In this document: positions 43,163 to 51,015 of the stretch, piece by piece | How positions within the stretch are numbered: position 1 is the first letter of the stretch | Layout of the letters: each line of letters begins with the position of its first letter | NCBI GenBank assembly: GCA_963695545.1 | Contig: OY968796.1 | Span: 2,912,001-2,976,000, forward strand | Reading direction: 5' to 3' | DNA from: Terriglobia bacterium | Lineage (GTDB): Bacteria > Acidobacteriota > Terriglobia > Acidiferrales > UBA7541 | DNA length: 64,000 bases | Translations under genes and position numbers: made by a program | The notes under the pieces: generated by a model | What the model saw: the letters and a program-made list of their open reading frames with translations, nothing else | Told to the model about the DNA's origin: nothing | Database searches by the model: none

Positions 43163-43709
43163 GGCGGGCAGGCCGGGCGATCGCTGGGTTGGTTTCTTAG
43201 CAATAGGGAACTGGCCGGGAGGAAAGTCCGGACACCGTGGACTCGGGCCGCAAGGTCCGAACCTAAGGGCAACGCGCCTGGTAACGCCAGGGCGCCGGGC
43301 CGCAGAAATCGGGCGCGCAATGCGCGCCTGGGCGGAACGGCGACGGACAGTGCCACAGAAAATAAACCGCCGGTGCGGCGTTTCGGTGACGGCCGGGAGG
43401 AAAAACCTCTCGGAGGTCGCTATCAAAAATAGACGACGCGCATGGTAAGGGTGAAACGGTGGGGTAAGAGCCCACCGCGTCTCGAGAGATCGAGACGGCA
43501 CGGAAAACCCCGCGTGGTGCAAGGCCAAATAGGAGGGGAGGGCCGGCCCGGCCCGCAAGCGACGCATTCTTCGGAATGCGACGCCGTGACCCTCGGGTAG
43601 GCTGCTGGAGCCCGCGTGCGAATGCGGGCCTAGAGGAATGATTGCCACGGCGTGCGATTCTTTAGGGGATCGCGCGCCGCACAAAATCCGGCTTACAGGC
43701 CTGTCCGCC
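43163..43709 (+). ncRNA. rnpB: RNase P RNA (type A, extended)
   Basis: GAGGAAAGTCCGG and ACAAAATCCGGCTTA (P4 strands), AGTGCCACAGAAA, GGGTGAAACGG, GGTAAGAGC; P1 ends GGCGGGCAGGCC/GGCCTGTCCGCC; TATAAT at 43151. Confidence 0.97.
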
Positions 43710-43814
43710 ATCTTCTTTCGCCTCGGTTGAGGTTTGCTCCCGCGCGTTTCTTTTGTCCCCGATGTGTGCCGGCTGCGGGCGAAATCTTGCTTGCGAAACT
43801 CCATTTTGCTGGGG

Positions 43815-44267
43815 AGGGGGGTACACCCCCGGGTATGTTTTGCGTAAGAGCGGCAAACACAGGACTTGCAGGAAAAGAGTGACGAAGAGTGCGCAAGAGA
43901 TTGAAAACAGTCGGTTTGCGGACGTTTATTTTCAACGAGATGCGCACTCTTTTGCAGTCGACTGAACAGCAATGGCTTAGAGCTGCGGATATATACGCGT
44001 GAGTGCACTTTGATCGAATTGTATCGATGAAATTTGGTAGGGGGAGTAGGGCGAGAGGAAGCAAGCCTGCCTGAAGGTTGGCAGGCTTCGCCCACAGGCG
44101 CGGAAAATTCGCGAGCGCCGGAAGCGAGCCAGGCGCGGCAAGTTGGCGATGTGGCCTGCGGCGAGGGTACGCGTTTGCAGTTCATACCGAACGGTAGCAC
44201 AGCCATAGCGTACGTGTCAATAATAACATGTGGGTTATTCGAAAAGTCTGTGGAAATTCATTCGAAA
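43815..44267 (-). repeat. Dispersed promoter-bearing element, copy C3
   Basis: Two TTCGAA boxes; TTGACA(44220-44215)-N18-TACCGT; ATG 44185; collinear with C4 over its whole length. Confidence 0.85.
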
Positions 44268-44270
44268 TGT

Positions 44271-44358
44271 GGCGGGAAGCGAATCTGGAAAGCGAACTCA
44301 CCATCCTTTGCTTCGCAAAAGATGAACCGCCCTCGGGCCAAAGGCTGATCCACCCGCC
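44271..44358. repeat. GGCGGG...ACCCGCC-bounded palindromic element (divergent family A member)
   Basis: Ends AAGGCTGATCCACCCGCC; internal hairpin CATCCTTTGC-TTC-GCAAAAGATG. Confidence 0.55.
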
Positions 44359-44495
44359 ATTACTCAATTTCGAGTGTTCAATTTTGCTCATCCTGCATGT
44401 GGTCAATTTTGGTCATCTAGACGGGTTTGTCCCACGGGTCTACGATTGCCGGGCGCTGGGCAAGTTTTCTGAGTTGATTGAAGGAGCACACCCGA

Positions 44496-45167
44496 ATGCC
44501 GAGTAAGCGCAGTCTCGGTGTCAGTCACGCAGCTCTCCGCAAAAAGTTCCGCAACGGGATGACTTATCGGAATTACCGAGACAAGGAGGTCGTCTTTTCG
44601 CAGGGGGATCCGGCTGATTCTGTTTTCTACGTCGAAAGCGGGACGGTAAAGCTGACGGCGGTTTCTACTCGAAAGAAAGCCATAATCGCCATCCTACAGC
44701 GAGGCAGTTTTTTTGGCGAAGGAAGTCTAACCGGGCAAGCTCTACGGATTTGCACGGCGAGATCAATTGGGCAATCCAACGTCATTCGACTGCAAAAGCA
44801 GAGGATGGCTCGCGTGCTCAAGAGAGACCCGCGCTTTGCAGCGCTGTTCGTCGGATATTTACTTTCGCGGGTGGTTCGAATCGAGGAAGACCTGATCGAT
44901 CAATTCTTCAATTTCAGCGAAAGGCGATTGGCGCGGGTTCTGTTGTTGTTTGGCGAAATAACCAAGGAATCGAAGTCGGATTCCCCTCTGAAGGTGAGCC
45001 AATCAACCCTGGCGGAGATGGTTGGTACCACCCGCCCGCGGGTAAGTAAATTCATGAACGAGTTTAAGAGGAAGGGCTTGGTCAGTTACAACGGAGGCTT
45101 GCAAATAAATAGCGCACTGCTCATAGCGTTCCTAGAAAATCGCCCGATGTCCGTCAAGAGATCATAG
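44496..45167 (+). CDS. Crp/Fnr family transcriptional regulator
   Basis: F.QGD.AD, G.FFGE, C-terminal HTH LAEMVGTTRPRVS; AAGGAG RBS. Confidence 0.92.
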   Translation: MPSKRSLGVSHAALRKKFRNGMTYRNYRDKEVVFSQGDPADSVFYVESGTVKLTAVSTRKKAIIAILQRGSFFGEGSLTGQALRICTARSIGQSNVIRLQKQRMARVLKRDPRFAALFVGYLLSRVVRIEEDLIDQFFNFSERRLARVLLLFGEITKESKSDSPLKVSQSTLAEMVGTTRPRVSKFMNEFKRKGLVSYNGGLQINSALLIAFLENRPMSVKRS

Positions 45168-45215
45168 GTCCAGCCAGGTGGTCCCGGCTTTTCACACCAT
45201 GACCGTCGGACCGCG

Positions 45216-45590
45216 ATGCAGTGGAGTCAAGAGATGAAAATACAACACCAAACAAAAAAGGGAATATCTGCCGTGCCCTGTCCTACGTGTGGCGTCGCTG
45301 CCGGGAAGCGCTGCGTTCTGATCGCGGGCGGCCCACGAAACGAGCCACACTGGAACCGAAGGATCGCGGCGGCTGATGTTGTGGAAAAAGAAGAGGATTC
45401 GAACTCACCGATGAGACTCCGAAACGTGCCCTTCGCCCAAAAGAATAGAAGAGAGAAAAAATCGGACGCTGCATTCTTGGCGCTAATAGCCCGGGTGAGA
45501 AAGGAACTTGCGAGACCGCTGCTTACGAAGTCAGTCAGAGAGAGACGGCGGCAGAGGGACAGATCGAATCATGGAACGCAGATTAGTTGA
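45216..45590 (+). CDS. Hypothetical basic protein with CxxC-x7-C...H zinc-finger-like motif
   Basis: CPTCGVAAGKRC...PHWNR. Confidence 0.5.
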   Translation: MQWSQEMKIQHQTKKGISAVPCPTCGVAAGKRCVLIAGGPRNEPHWNRRIAAADVVEKEEDSNSPMRLRNVPFAQKNRREKKSDAAFLALIARVRKELARPLLTKSVRERRRQRDRSNHGTQIS

Positions 45591-46386
45591 GCTTCGACAG
45601 CCCGGCTTTGAGGGATGGGTGTGCAGTGAGTGTGGGCACGTGTTCATAACGATGTTGGATTGCGTTCCCACTGGTCTGACGCTGGACGAGATTATCGGCC
45701 ATTTCAAAGTGCTGCGAGAGCAGGCTTTCGCCAAGCATCGGTGCCCGAGTTCTTGGGAAAGCCGAGGTTATCGAGAGACTGAAGTGGAAATCAGCAAAGC
45801 GAAAGCTGAACGCATGGGTTTGGACGGGTGGCCTGACCCGCCGAACAGTCAGTCTGCGCCGTATGAAAATCGCTCAGGCGTGATGGCGATGCCACACCAA
45901 ATCAACGCGAAGGAAGAGGAGAGGGTTTGTGCCGCCAAGGAGTATTGCGAAGGGTACGCCTACGGGGTTTGTGAGGGACGACGGTGTTCGGCGCCCAAAG
46001 CTGACGCAGGCCAACCTTCGTATCGAGCTGGATTCGCCAGGGGCGTCACCGCCGCGCAACGGACCAGACAGGGCGAATCATCCGCGGCGGGCGGCTCAAA
46101 AGATATCGCCTCTGACGCAGTTCGCCGTCCGGGGGACGATCGTAGGCCGCTGGCCCAAACTCTTACGGAAGAGCAGTCGAACGGAGGGCAATTCCCGCAG
46201 CGTGGTATCGGGGCGAGCGCAGAAAAAGGGTGGCAAGATATTTTACTGGAGCTGTACCGTCGCCTCCTATTGTTTGAAGACTTAGCCATTCTTGCAGCAG
46301 AGGAAGAGGCGGCGATCGAAGTCGTCCGCGCTGGAATCGTTAAGCGCCTCGCGAAAACCTGCGTGGTGCTGCCTATACCGGGATAA
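45571..46386 (+). CDS. Hypothetical protein with N-terminal W.CSEC...F..H.C module; possibly a read-through of two ORFs
   Basis: ORF track; a family-A-like half-site lies inside it at ~45822-45842. Confidence 0.45.
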   Translation: MERRLVELRQPGFEGWVCSECGHVFITMLDCVPTGLTLDEIIGHFKVLREQAFAKHRCPSSWESRGYRETEVEISKAKAERMGLDGWPDPPNSQSAPYENRSGVMAMPHQINAKEEERVCAAKEYCEGYAYGVCEGRRCSAPKADAGQPSYRAGFARGVTAAQRTRQGESSAAGGSKDIASDAVRRPGDDRRPLAQTLTEEQSNGGQFPQRGIGASAEKGWQDILLELYRRLLLFEDLAILAAEEEAAIEVVRAGIVKRLAKTCVVLPIPG

Positions 46387-46596
46387 TTTCCCTGCAACAG
46401 CAATGCAACGAGCCCGAGTGAGGCGCCGCCTCCGTCATTGCATGGGTCACAGTTCCAAAGAAAGCGACGGAAATTGTGACGTACCTTCAGGCTTTGGCGC
46501 GTCGTGTGACGCGCTGGATGAGAAAAGATGCCAGCCTGGGGCCCGGCGCGGCGAGGGCGGCCTCGGAGGCGTGCGGCGGGAATGCGTGAAGCCTCG

Positions 46597-46699
46597 TGTC
46601 GCCGTTACGGGGCTCAAAGAAAACATTTGGGGAGGGTGGGGCGGGTCGGCCTACGCAGAGCTTACGCCCTGGGCTAAGCTCTGCCGCCCCTGCGGCGCT
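46597..46699. repeat. REP-like composite element
   Basis: Two imperfect TG(T/C)CGCC...CGG.GCT units flanking CAGAGCTTACGCCCTGGGCTAAGCTCTG. Confidence 0.6.
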
Positions 46700-46812
46700 T
46701 GTCATCGAGTGGGGAGCGCGATTTTGGCCTGTAATGTCTGGGTGGTGAGTTGGTGTTGCGGGCTGACGCGAACGCGAATGAGTTGGCGCGGTTTCCCGCA
46801 TGAAGACAAGAT

Positions 46813-46835
46813 GGAGGCCTGAAGGCCTCCGCTAC
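46813..46835 (-). repeat. GTAG-type REP
   Basis: Reverse complement GTAGC-GGAGGCC-TTCA-GGCCTCC. Confidence 0.65.
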
Positions 46836-46868
46836 GTAAACCTCGGCGATCGTGCCAAAGATTTACCG

Positions 46869-46983
46869 GGCGGGTGGTACACGCTTCCGCGAGCTTGAGC
46901 ATTTTCGGTCTCGGCGCGCGGGTTACACCACTAGCCATCTCTACGTTGGAGTAACATTGCGCGTCAAAGGCTGCGCCGCGCGC
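46869..46983. repeat. Family A ~116 bp element, copy A1
   Basis: Ungapped alignment to A2, 88/115 identical by hand count. Confidence 0.85.
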
Positions 46984-47097
46984 TTGGCTGGAGGCTTGAA
47001 AACTTACAAAGTCAGATGTAAATTATCGGCCGCTTGGGAGGTCGAAACGCAAATTCCGGCTCAGATCATTGTCAGCGCAGTGTCGTGGCTCGTGGCG

Positions 47098-47544
47098 ATG
47101 TCTTTCGCGGCCGTGTGGGGCGCGCACCTCTACCAAACGACGGTTCTCTTTCCGGCGTGGGTCTCTGAGCTTCCGAAATCCCTGATCGAATGGCTCGCGA
47201 CTCCGTATTCGATGAGGGTTCCCGGATTTTACCGAAGGGTTCTGGGCGTCCTTTATACCTTCGCGACGATCGCGGTGATTGTCGCGGTCGTGACGGGCCT
47301 GCGAATGCGGCTGGGCCTGGGGATCGCAGGCGTTTGCGGGCTTATCCACCTAGCGCTGAACTTGCTGATCTTCCTACCTACGAACCTGAAGCTCGGCCTT
47401 GACCCCGGGGGACCCGGCGCATCGAGTCTCGATCCGCAGGTGGTTAAGATGCTGGTCCGACGGTGGGGCGGATGGAACTTCGTGCGTCTCGGCGTCGAGA
47501 CGGCAGGATTGATCGCGGCGCTCTTCGCGGTCAAAGCTTCATAG
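47098..47544 (+). CDS. Membrane protein, DUF1772/anthrone oxygenase-like
   Basis: P.W, F.P.N and W..WN.VR motifs; the GGGAGG RBS precedes an in-frame ACG at 47047, so the start is uncertain. Confidence 0.6.
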   Translation: MSFAAVWGAHLYQTTVLFPAWVSELPKSLIEWLATPYSMRVPGFYRRVLGVLYTFATIAVIVAVVTGLRMRLGLGIAGVCGLIHLALNLLIFLPTNLKLGLDPGGPGASSLDPQVVKMLVRRWGGWNFVRLGVETAGLIAALFAVKAS

Positions 47545-47600
47545 AGAAACATCTGATTGACGATCGTCCCAGATGCCAAGTCCGGACGAACGGGGTAGGT

Positions 47601-47672
47601 CCTGATACGTCGGATTTCAGGACATCTGCCGTGGCCGCGGATTCCACTTCTCCGGTTGGCGCATTAGTCAGG
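47601..47672. repeat. Family B 72 bp attC-like palindromic site, copy B1
   Basis: Ungapped alignment to 49026-49097, 49/72 identical by hand count. Confidence 0.75.
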
Positions 47673-47778
47673 CGCTAAGCAGGCCGCCCCCATGGAAAAT
47701 GAGGTTTGCGCGTGACTGGCACCGGGATTCAGAGTAGATTCCGTGCCTTCCGGGAACCCGCAAACCGAGGAGAAAAAG

Positions 47779-48270
47779 ATGAAATATACGATTCGTCTTG
47801 CATGTGCGGTTGTTGCTTTTGCGGCAGTAACCATCCCTGTCCATGCGCAAATGAAATACTCTTGGACCACGCATTGCGCGACGACCCCTATATTCCAAAC
47901 TGTGCCTGCAAGTGAACACGGAGGCGTTCAGATCCAGGTCGCGTTGGGACCAATAGAAACATGCAGCGTCACGGGAAGCATGGGTGCAACGCCAATCAAA
48001 GAGAGCGAGTATGCCAACTACAATGAACTCGTGGGAAACCAAGTCAGAATATGGGGTGTGAAGGTGATGACGTTAGCCACTGGCGACAAGGTTTATGCCA
48101 TATACGGGGGTGTTCGGAATATCTCACAGACAACCTACACCCAGACCTATCAGATAACGGGCGGCACCGGCAAGATGCAAGGCATCAAAGGTTCCGGCGT
48201 ATGCACGAGCACCAACGCCGCTGACATGAGCGCGACCTCATCGTGCACCGGTTCCTACACACTCCCTTAA
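47779..48270 (+). CDS. Exported beta-rich hypothetical protein (I.GGTG...G..G.G, dirigent/allene-oxide-cyclase-like barrel)
   Basis: Signal peptide, GAGGAG RBS, lower-GC codon usage. Confidence 0.75.
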   Translation: MKYTIRLACAVVAFAAVTIPVHAQMKYSWTTHCATTPIFQTVPASEHGGVQIQVALGPIETCSVTGSMGATPIKESEYANYNELVGNQVRIWGVKVMTLATGDKVYAIYGGVRNISQTTYTQTYQITGGTGKMQGIKGSGVCTSTNAADMSATSSCTGSYTLP

Positions 48271-48273
48271 GCG

Positions 48274-48341
48274 CCTGACTACCTGGATCGGTGAGGAGCA
48301 CTACGAAGCTGGCACCTTTGGCGACTCGTCCGACGATCAGG
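48274..48341. repeat. Family B-related 68 bp site (B4)
   Basis: CCTGACTA...TCCGACGATCAGG; its ends are complementary to the ends of B1. Confidence 0.55.
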
Positions 48342-48356
48342 CTGATCGTTCGTCGC

Positions 48357-48472
48357 GGCGGGCGGCGCATCCTTCCGTGAGCGTGTGGATTTTCGGTCTC
48401 GGCGCGCGGATGATGCCGCTGGCGAGCTTCACCTTGGAGTAGTGTTGCGCGTCAAAGGCCGCGCGACCCGCC
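48357..48472. repeat. Family A ~116 bp element, copy A2
   Basis: Terminal inverted repeat GGCGGGCGGCGCATCCTT / AAGGCCGCGCGACCCGCC. Confidence 0.85.
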
Positions 48473-48507
48473 AGTAGACGCAGTTTACTAAAGAAAAGGA
48501 GATTTCT

Positions 48508-48996
48508 ATGACACCCCAAGCCATCGATCTGCACATCAATCCATCCGACGAGACCATACGTCTCGGCCCGCTCGCGGTGCGCTTCTTGCTTACCGGAGAC
48601 AACTCGACGGGCAGCGTCGCAGCATTTGAGCTCATGGTACCGGGCGCGCAGCGCCTGATGGCTCCGGCGCACAGCCACGATCATTACGAGGAGACAATCT
48701 ACGGCATCGAAGGAACGTTGACCTGGACTGTGAACGGAAAGCAGATTGACGTCGGGCCGGGGCAGGCACTCTGCATTCCGCGAGGCGCCATCCACCGGTT
48801 CGACAACAACGGCAGCCAGGACGTGAAGGCGCTCTGCGTGATCACGCCAGCCGCGCTAGGTCCGCAGTTCTTCCGCGAGTCTGCCGAGGCAATCAACGCG
48901 GCGGCAGGTGGTCCGCCGGACCGAGCAAAGATGGCGGAGATCATGCGTCGCCACGGCCTCACTCCGGCTCCGCCCCCGCCGCCGCCCCAGGCGTAG
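48508..48996 (+). CDS. Cupin domain protein
   Basis: HSHDHYEE and PRGAIH.F.N cupin motifs; AAGGAG RBS. Confidence 0.9.
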   Translation: MTPQAIDLHINPSDETIRLGPLAVRFLLTGDNSTGSVAAFELMVPGAQRLMAPAHSHDHYEETIYGIEGTLTWTVNGKQIDVGPGQALCIPRGAIHRFDNNGSQDVKALCVITPAALGPQFFRESAEAINAAAGGPPDRAKMAEIMRRHGLTPAPPPPPPQA

Positions 48997-49025
48997 CGCC
49001 GGCAACTCGGTTGCGATTCCATTAG

Positions 49026-49097
49026 TCTGGTAAGTCGGATAACCGGACATCTCCGGAACCCGTGGATTTCGTTCGTACGGTAAGCGCGTTTATCAGG
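49026..49097. repeat. Family B 72 bp attC-like site, copy B2
   Basis: TCTGGTAA-GTCGGA-TAACCGG ... ACGGTAA-GCGCGT-TTATCAGG. Confidence 0.75.
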
Positions 49098-49164
49098 GGT
49101 TGACCGAGACCGGTTCGCATTGCGACGGTTCAGATTGCTGGACGACAGGTGTACATTGCCTTTC

Positions 49165-49365
49165 GTGACTAGGGACGACTGGTGGATTGCGGCGAAGATA
49201 CTTGTCGGCCTGCCTGTGCTGTTCTACGTCGTGCTATCGGTTCATGAGCGGCAAAGGGAGATATGGCGAAAACCGAAGAGAAAGGTACTAATTGCTTTCA
49301 TCGTTGCCTGGAGTTTAGTTTTGTGTTTCGCTGCGCTCGTTTTTGCTTGGAAGGCTCTTCGATAG
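49165..49365 (+). CDS. Small two-TM membrane protein (~66 aa)
   Basis: Two hydrophobic helices with a basic loop; TACATT -10-like box just before GTG. Confidence 0.55.
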   Translation: MTRDDWWIAAKILVGLPVLFYVVLSVHERQREIWRKPKRKVLIAFIVAWSLVLCFAALVFAWKALR

Positions 49366-49388
49366 AAGAGTCATGTCCCTACTTGGAG

Positions 49389-49417
49389 CCACCTCTCCGG
49401 TTACCGCGTTTATCAGG
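49389..49417. repeat. Family B right half-site (B3)
   Basis: CCACCTCTCCGGTTA-CCGCGT-TTATCAGG matches the B1/B2 right ends. Confidence 0.7.
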
Positions 49418-49500
49418 AGCTAGGTCGGCGAAGCCTATGCAGAGAAACGGCGCGCAGCCATATCGACGATATGATCGACGATATGGGAGACTTATATTCC

Positions 49501-50523
49501 ATGAAGAAAATTGGCTTCCTCTCGTTCGGTCATTGGGCGCCTTCACCGCAGTCACGAACGCAATCGGCGAGCGACGCGCTGCTGCAATCCATTGACATCG
49601 CCGTGGAGGCCGAGCGCCTCGGAATGGACGGTGCGTACTTTCGCGTTCATCACTTCGCGCAGCAACTGGCATCACCTTTTCCACTGCTCGCGGCGGTGGG
49701 TGCTAAGACTCGAAGGATTGAGATTGGCACCGCAGTGATCGATATGAGGTATGAAAATCCTCATTACATGGCGGAGGACGCTGGGTCCGCGGACCTGATC
49801 TCTGGCGGGCGACTCCAGTTGGGAATCAGCCGCGGTTCGCCCGAGCAAGTGATCGATGGTTGGCGCTATTTTGGCTATCAACCGATTAAAGGCGAGGACG
49901 ACGAAGGCATGGGCCGAAGACATGCCGAAGAGTTTCTTGAGTTGCTACGCGGAAAGGGCTTCGCTCAGCCTAACCCACGTCCGATGTTTGCCAATCCTCC
50001 GGGACTCCTGCGTCTTGAGCCATACTCTGCGGGATTGCGCGATCGAATTTGGTGGGGGTCGGCTTCCAACGCGACAGCGGTATGGGCCGCGAAGCTGGGA
50101 ATGAACCTGCAGTCGTCAACACTGAAATTCGACGAGACCGGCGAGCCGCTGCACATCCAACAGGCCGCACAGATTCGCGCCTTTCGCGCGGCCTGGAAGG
50201 ATGCGGGTCACAAGCGCACGCCGCGCATTTCTGTTAGCCGGAGTATTTTTGCGTTGGTTGATGACCGTGATCGCCGCTATTTCGGACGAGGCTCCGAGGA
50301 GGAGGACAAAATCGGATTCCTTGACGAAAATACGCGGGCGATCTTCGGTCGCAGCTACGCTGCCGAGCCAGATATTCTGATCGAGCAGCTTAGGGGAGAC
50401 CAGGCGATCGCTGAGGCTGACACGCTGTTGCTAACCATTCCGAATCAACTAGGTGTCGCGTATAACGCGCACGTGATGGAGGCAATTCTGACTACCGTCG
50501 CTCCAGCCCTCGGTTGGCGCTAA
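49501..50523 (+). CDS. LLM-class (luciferase-like) flavin-dependent oxidoreductase
   Basis: IGFLSFGHW, RVHHFA, IEIGTAVIDMRYENP, GRLQLGISRG motifs. Confidence 0.92.
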   Translation: MKKIGFLSFGHWAPSPQSRTQSASDALLQSIDIAVEAERLGMDGAYFRVHHFAQQLASPFPLLAAVGAKTRRIEIGTAVIDMRYENPHYMAEDAGSADLISGGRLQLGISRGSPEQVIDGWRYFGYQPIKGEDDEGMGRRHAEEFLELLRGKGFAQPNPRPMFANPPGLLRLEPYSAGLRDRIWWGSASNATAVWAAKLGMNLQSSTLKFDETGEPLHIQQAAQIRAFRAAWKDAGHKRTPRISVSRSIFALVDDRDRRYFGRGSEEEDKIGFLDENTRAIFGRSYAAEPDILIEQLRGDQAIAEADTLLLTIPNQLGVAYNAHVMEAILTTVAPALGWR

Positions 50524-50543
50524 ATCGCCGCCAGATTTGCCGG

Positions 50544-50654
50544 GGCGGGCGGCGCAGCCTTCCGTGAGCGTGTGCAGTTGCGGTTGCCGCGCGCGGATGA
50601 TGCTACTTGCGACCTTCATCCTGGGCAACATTGCGCGTCAAATGCCGCGCCGCC
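50544..50654. repeat. Family A ~116 bp element, copy A3
   Basis: GGCGGGCGGCGCAGCCTTCCGTGAGCGTGTG...TTGCGCGTCAAA shared with A1/A2. Confidence 0.85.
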
Positions 50655-51015
50655 TTAAATCATCTCAGTGCGCCGCCGGTTGCGGCGGCATGTACGAAGG
50701 AATCGGGCCCGGCGTCAGCGTGCCCAGATTGCGCGTCGCGTTGCGCGGCGCAAAAGTGTAGTCGCCGTTCGGGTCGTCGCCGGCGATTGTTCTCCCCCGC
50801 CCGCCGAATGTCTTCGCTCTCACCCGTCTCCCGCGGCGTACAATGCGGCCACTCGCTACACCCAGGGCGATCAGCCAGCATTCGACGCAAGACGGCCAGA
50901 GAGTGTGCACAGAGCGACTGGATGCGTGCGATGCTGTAGCTTGGTGGACGAATCGGGCGACGATGTGGGAACGTAGGGCCGAGGGCGACGAATTGAGAGA
51001 GAGGGAGGCGTCAAG

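Noticed and set aside
48270..48354. Canonical integron attC site
   Set aside because: The core reads GCCTGAC/GTCAGGC rather than the invariant AAC/GTT and no intI is in the window; treated as a non-canonical site instead.
46702..50631. Similar minus-strand peptides (..IRAPRPKIHTLTEGCAAR..) as a protein family
   Set aside because: They only reflect translation of the family A repeat; there is no consistent start, stop or RBS.
46869..50654. Family A/B repeats as a CRISPR array
   Set aside because: Repeats are 72-116 bp, diverged and separated by whole genes; no cas genes are present.
44271..50654. Prophage or integrative element inserted at rnpB
   Set aside because: No integrase, no phage genes and no duplicated rnpB 3' end were found.
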